A stretch of 63,984 nt of DNA, counting the filler, from Dimargaris cristalligena (taxonomy: Eukaryota): the NCBI GenBank assembly GCA_003614675.1. It is 14 parts of 14 records of this genome, joined end to end, with 100 filler letters (N's around TTAATTAATTAA, not from the genome) between each part and the next. Parts side by side here need not be neighbours in the genome. Positions count along the whole stretch, not along the records: positions 59,790 to 63,984 come from ML003819.1; 13 more parts are not named here. One strand, given 5' to 3'. Below, in pieces: positions 62,253-63,984 of this stretch. Position numbers and translations under genes: made by a program. The notes beneath the pieces were generated by a model. The model searched no databases. It was not told the DNA's origin and saw nothing but the letters and a program-made list of their open reading frames with translations. Within the stretch, counting starts at the first letter, position 1. Every line of letters starts with the position of its first letter.

Positions 62253-63276
62253 ATGAGAATCAACATCGCCCTCTTCTTAGTCGCTGTTATGATTTGCGGC
62301 GCCGTGTCTGCTCCCGTTGACCGGAGCCCTGGACACCACCTGGTTCGCCGCGGCGGCTCTGATGAGGAATCTGATACCTCCACGGGTAAGGAGGAGAAAT
62401 CATCATCCAAGTCAGATGATGCCGAGACTGAGGAGGATACGTCGAGTAAGAGTGAGAAAACGGAAAAGAGTAGCGAGGACACTAGTGAATCGAGTGACGA
62501 GGAAAGTACCGATACAAAAAGTGATAAAAAGGCCGATGAATCGCAGTCCGAGGATGACTCGGAAAGTACCGAAGAAGAAACGAAGGAAACGACCAGCGAG
62601 TCCAAGTCCAAGGTTGATTCGGAGAGTGACGAAGACAAAACTGAGAAAGATACCGATAATGACGAGAGTGAAAGTTCATCGACGAGCACGGGCGGTATTT
62701 CGGGGTCATTTGAGGGTATGTCAACTTTCTACGACGGCAAGGGAACCCACGCCTGTGGTAATGAAGGAGAAGATGGCGAACTGACGGTGGCTATTGTAAG
62801 TACTTTTTATATTTTTTTAGAGCTGTATACCCTTATAAGTGTACAGCATCCAATATCCGTCAAGGAGACCGATATTTGGTATATTTCTATGTATGGTTTT
62901 TTAATACATTGCTAATCCTAGTCTGGCAAACTCTTAATCAAATTGGGGGTTGATAATAAGGTCATAAACTAACAAATTTATATACACTATAATCGTTTGG
63001 CCCTACTAACCTTCTATTACTGTTTCTATGTATTGTGGATAATTACCCTCTACCACCCTATAGAACACTAAACAAATGGGTACCAAGAGCAATGGCAACG
63101 TCAACTGTTTCAAAATGATGACCATTGTTTGGAAAGGCAAGACGGCCAAGGCCAAGGTTACTGACCAATGTCCCCCATGTGCAGATAAGCAGATCGACGT
63201 CAGCCAGGCTGTGGCCGACTTCTTCGGTGACGATTTCAAGTCAGCGGGTGAAAATCAAGTGACCTGGTCCATGTAA
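62253..63276 (+). CDS. Secreted RlpA-like double-psi beta-barrel (expansin/loosenin-like) protein with a long acidic Ser/Glu/Asp/Lys linker
   Basis: Signal peptide and HHLVRR; exons 62253-62795 and 63064-63276; C-terminal GMSTFYDG..ACG..VAIN..NC..AKVTDQCPPC..IDVSQ..VTW. Confidence 0.85.
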
Positions 63277-63700
63277 ATACACAGCTGCCTTCCAGTAGGG
63301 GTCTCCGTGGGACAGAGACATTCGCGCAATGTTGCCGATTCATTATTTCGTTTATACTACATCGAGGGTGTGTTGATCTAACAGGAGCCCTAATGAACTT
63401 TATTTAATTAGATATGGGTCACAGTCCCTACTTTGACTTACACCAATATTTACAATAAACCTTACTTTATTGCCTGCACGATAATTTATTGACTAATTTC
63501 GATACATAATAAGGAGGGACCAGTAAACTAGTTGCTAAGTTATGGGTAAAAGAGGAAATGAATCAAAAGGAAAAAAGAGAAAATATAAAGAGAAAAGTGT
63601 GGTCTACAAGGCTGACCATCCCTATATTTGAACATTATCATTGGTCAATAAAGGCGGAGTCCCCTTGAAAAGGGGGATACTGTCTCAAAATTTTGTCACC

Positions 63701-63745
63701 ATATGGGTAAAATTCAGGCCAGCTGTATAAGGTTTTATATAATAT
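63701..63745 (+). mobile_element. MITE left-end fragment
   Basis: ATATGGGTAAAATTCAGGCCAGCTGTATAAGGTTTTATATAATAT. Confidence 0.65.
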
Positions 63746-63984
63746 GAGCAACAGATCTGGGGAGTACACTCCCCTCTGATCCTTCATTTCAACTTATGGT
63801 ACAGGTGTGCTCTCTGTAGGATGTGCTGTAATTTTTTAAGTGTCTTCCATATAGTTATAAAATAAGGCTCAATTTTTAACAGAAAAATATAATGTTTTCA
63901 CTATATTACCACACCCTATACTCTACATCACCTCACTGTAGTGCCTTACCATATACCACAATCCTGGTAGTCCTACATCTATTT

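Overview
This is eukaryotic DNA, very probably fungal; the gene content and the bacterial-type DAACS transporter suggest an early-diverging lineage (inference). It is not one continuous locus. Fourteen unrelated ~4.5-kb scaffolds are joined by artificial 100-bp linkers (44 N + TTAATTAATTAA + 44 N) at 4516, 9136, 13744, 18349, 22951, 27552, 32152, 36749, 41342, 45936, 50523, 55108 and 59690, so adjacency across linkers means nothing. Recognisable genes, most with GT-AG introns: a Sel1-repeat protein, ATP15, MED17, RAD4/XPC, an APSES transcription factor, AIP1/WDR1, a class I HDAC, an intronless GltP-like transporter, the 3' end of an aldo-keto reductase and a secreted RlpA/DPBB expansin-like protein. 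There are also several orphan secreted proteins sharing an L-x-R-R motif. Repeats are dense: a degenerate Ty1/copia element with a half-tRNA-iMet PBS, at least five LTR-like families (four solo copies with exact TSDs) and about ten copies of a 144-bp MITE bounded by ATAT. The repeats show strong CpG-biased C-to-T hypermutation. Most worth follow-up: a TAG at a conserved Trp in otherwise intact AIP1, a KEP-like precursor of Cys-loop peptides and the LxRR secreted proteins, the RIP-like CpG decay, and the ATAT-bounded MITE.
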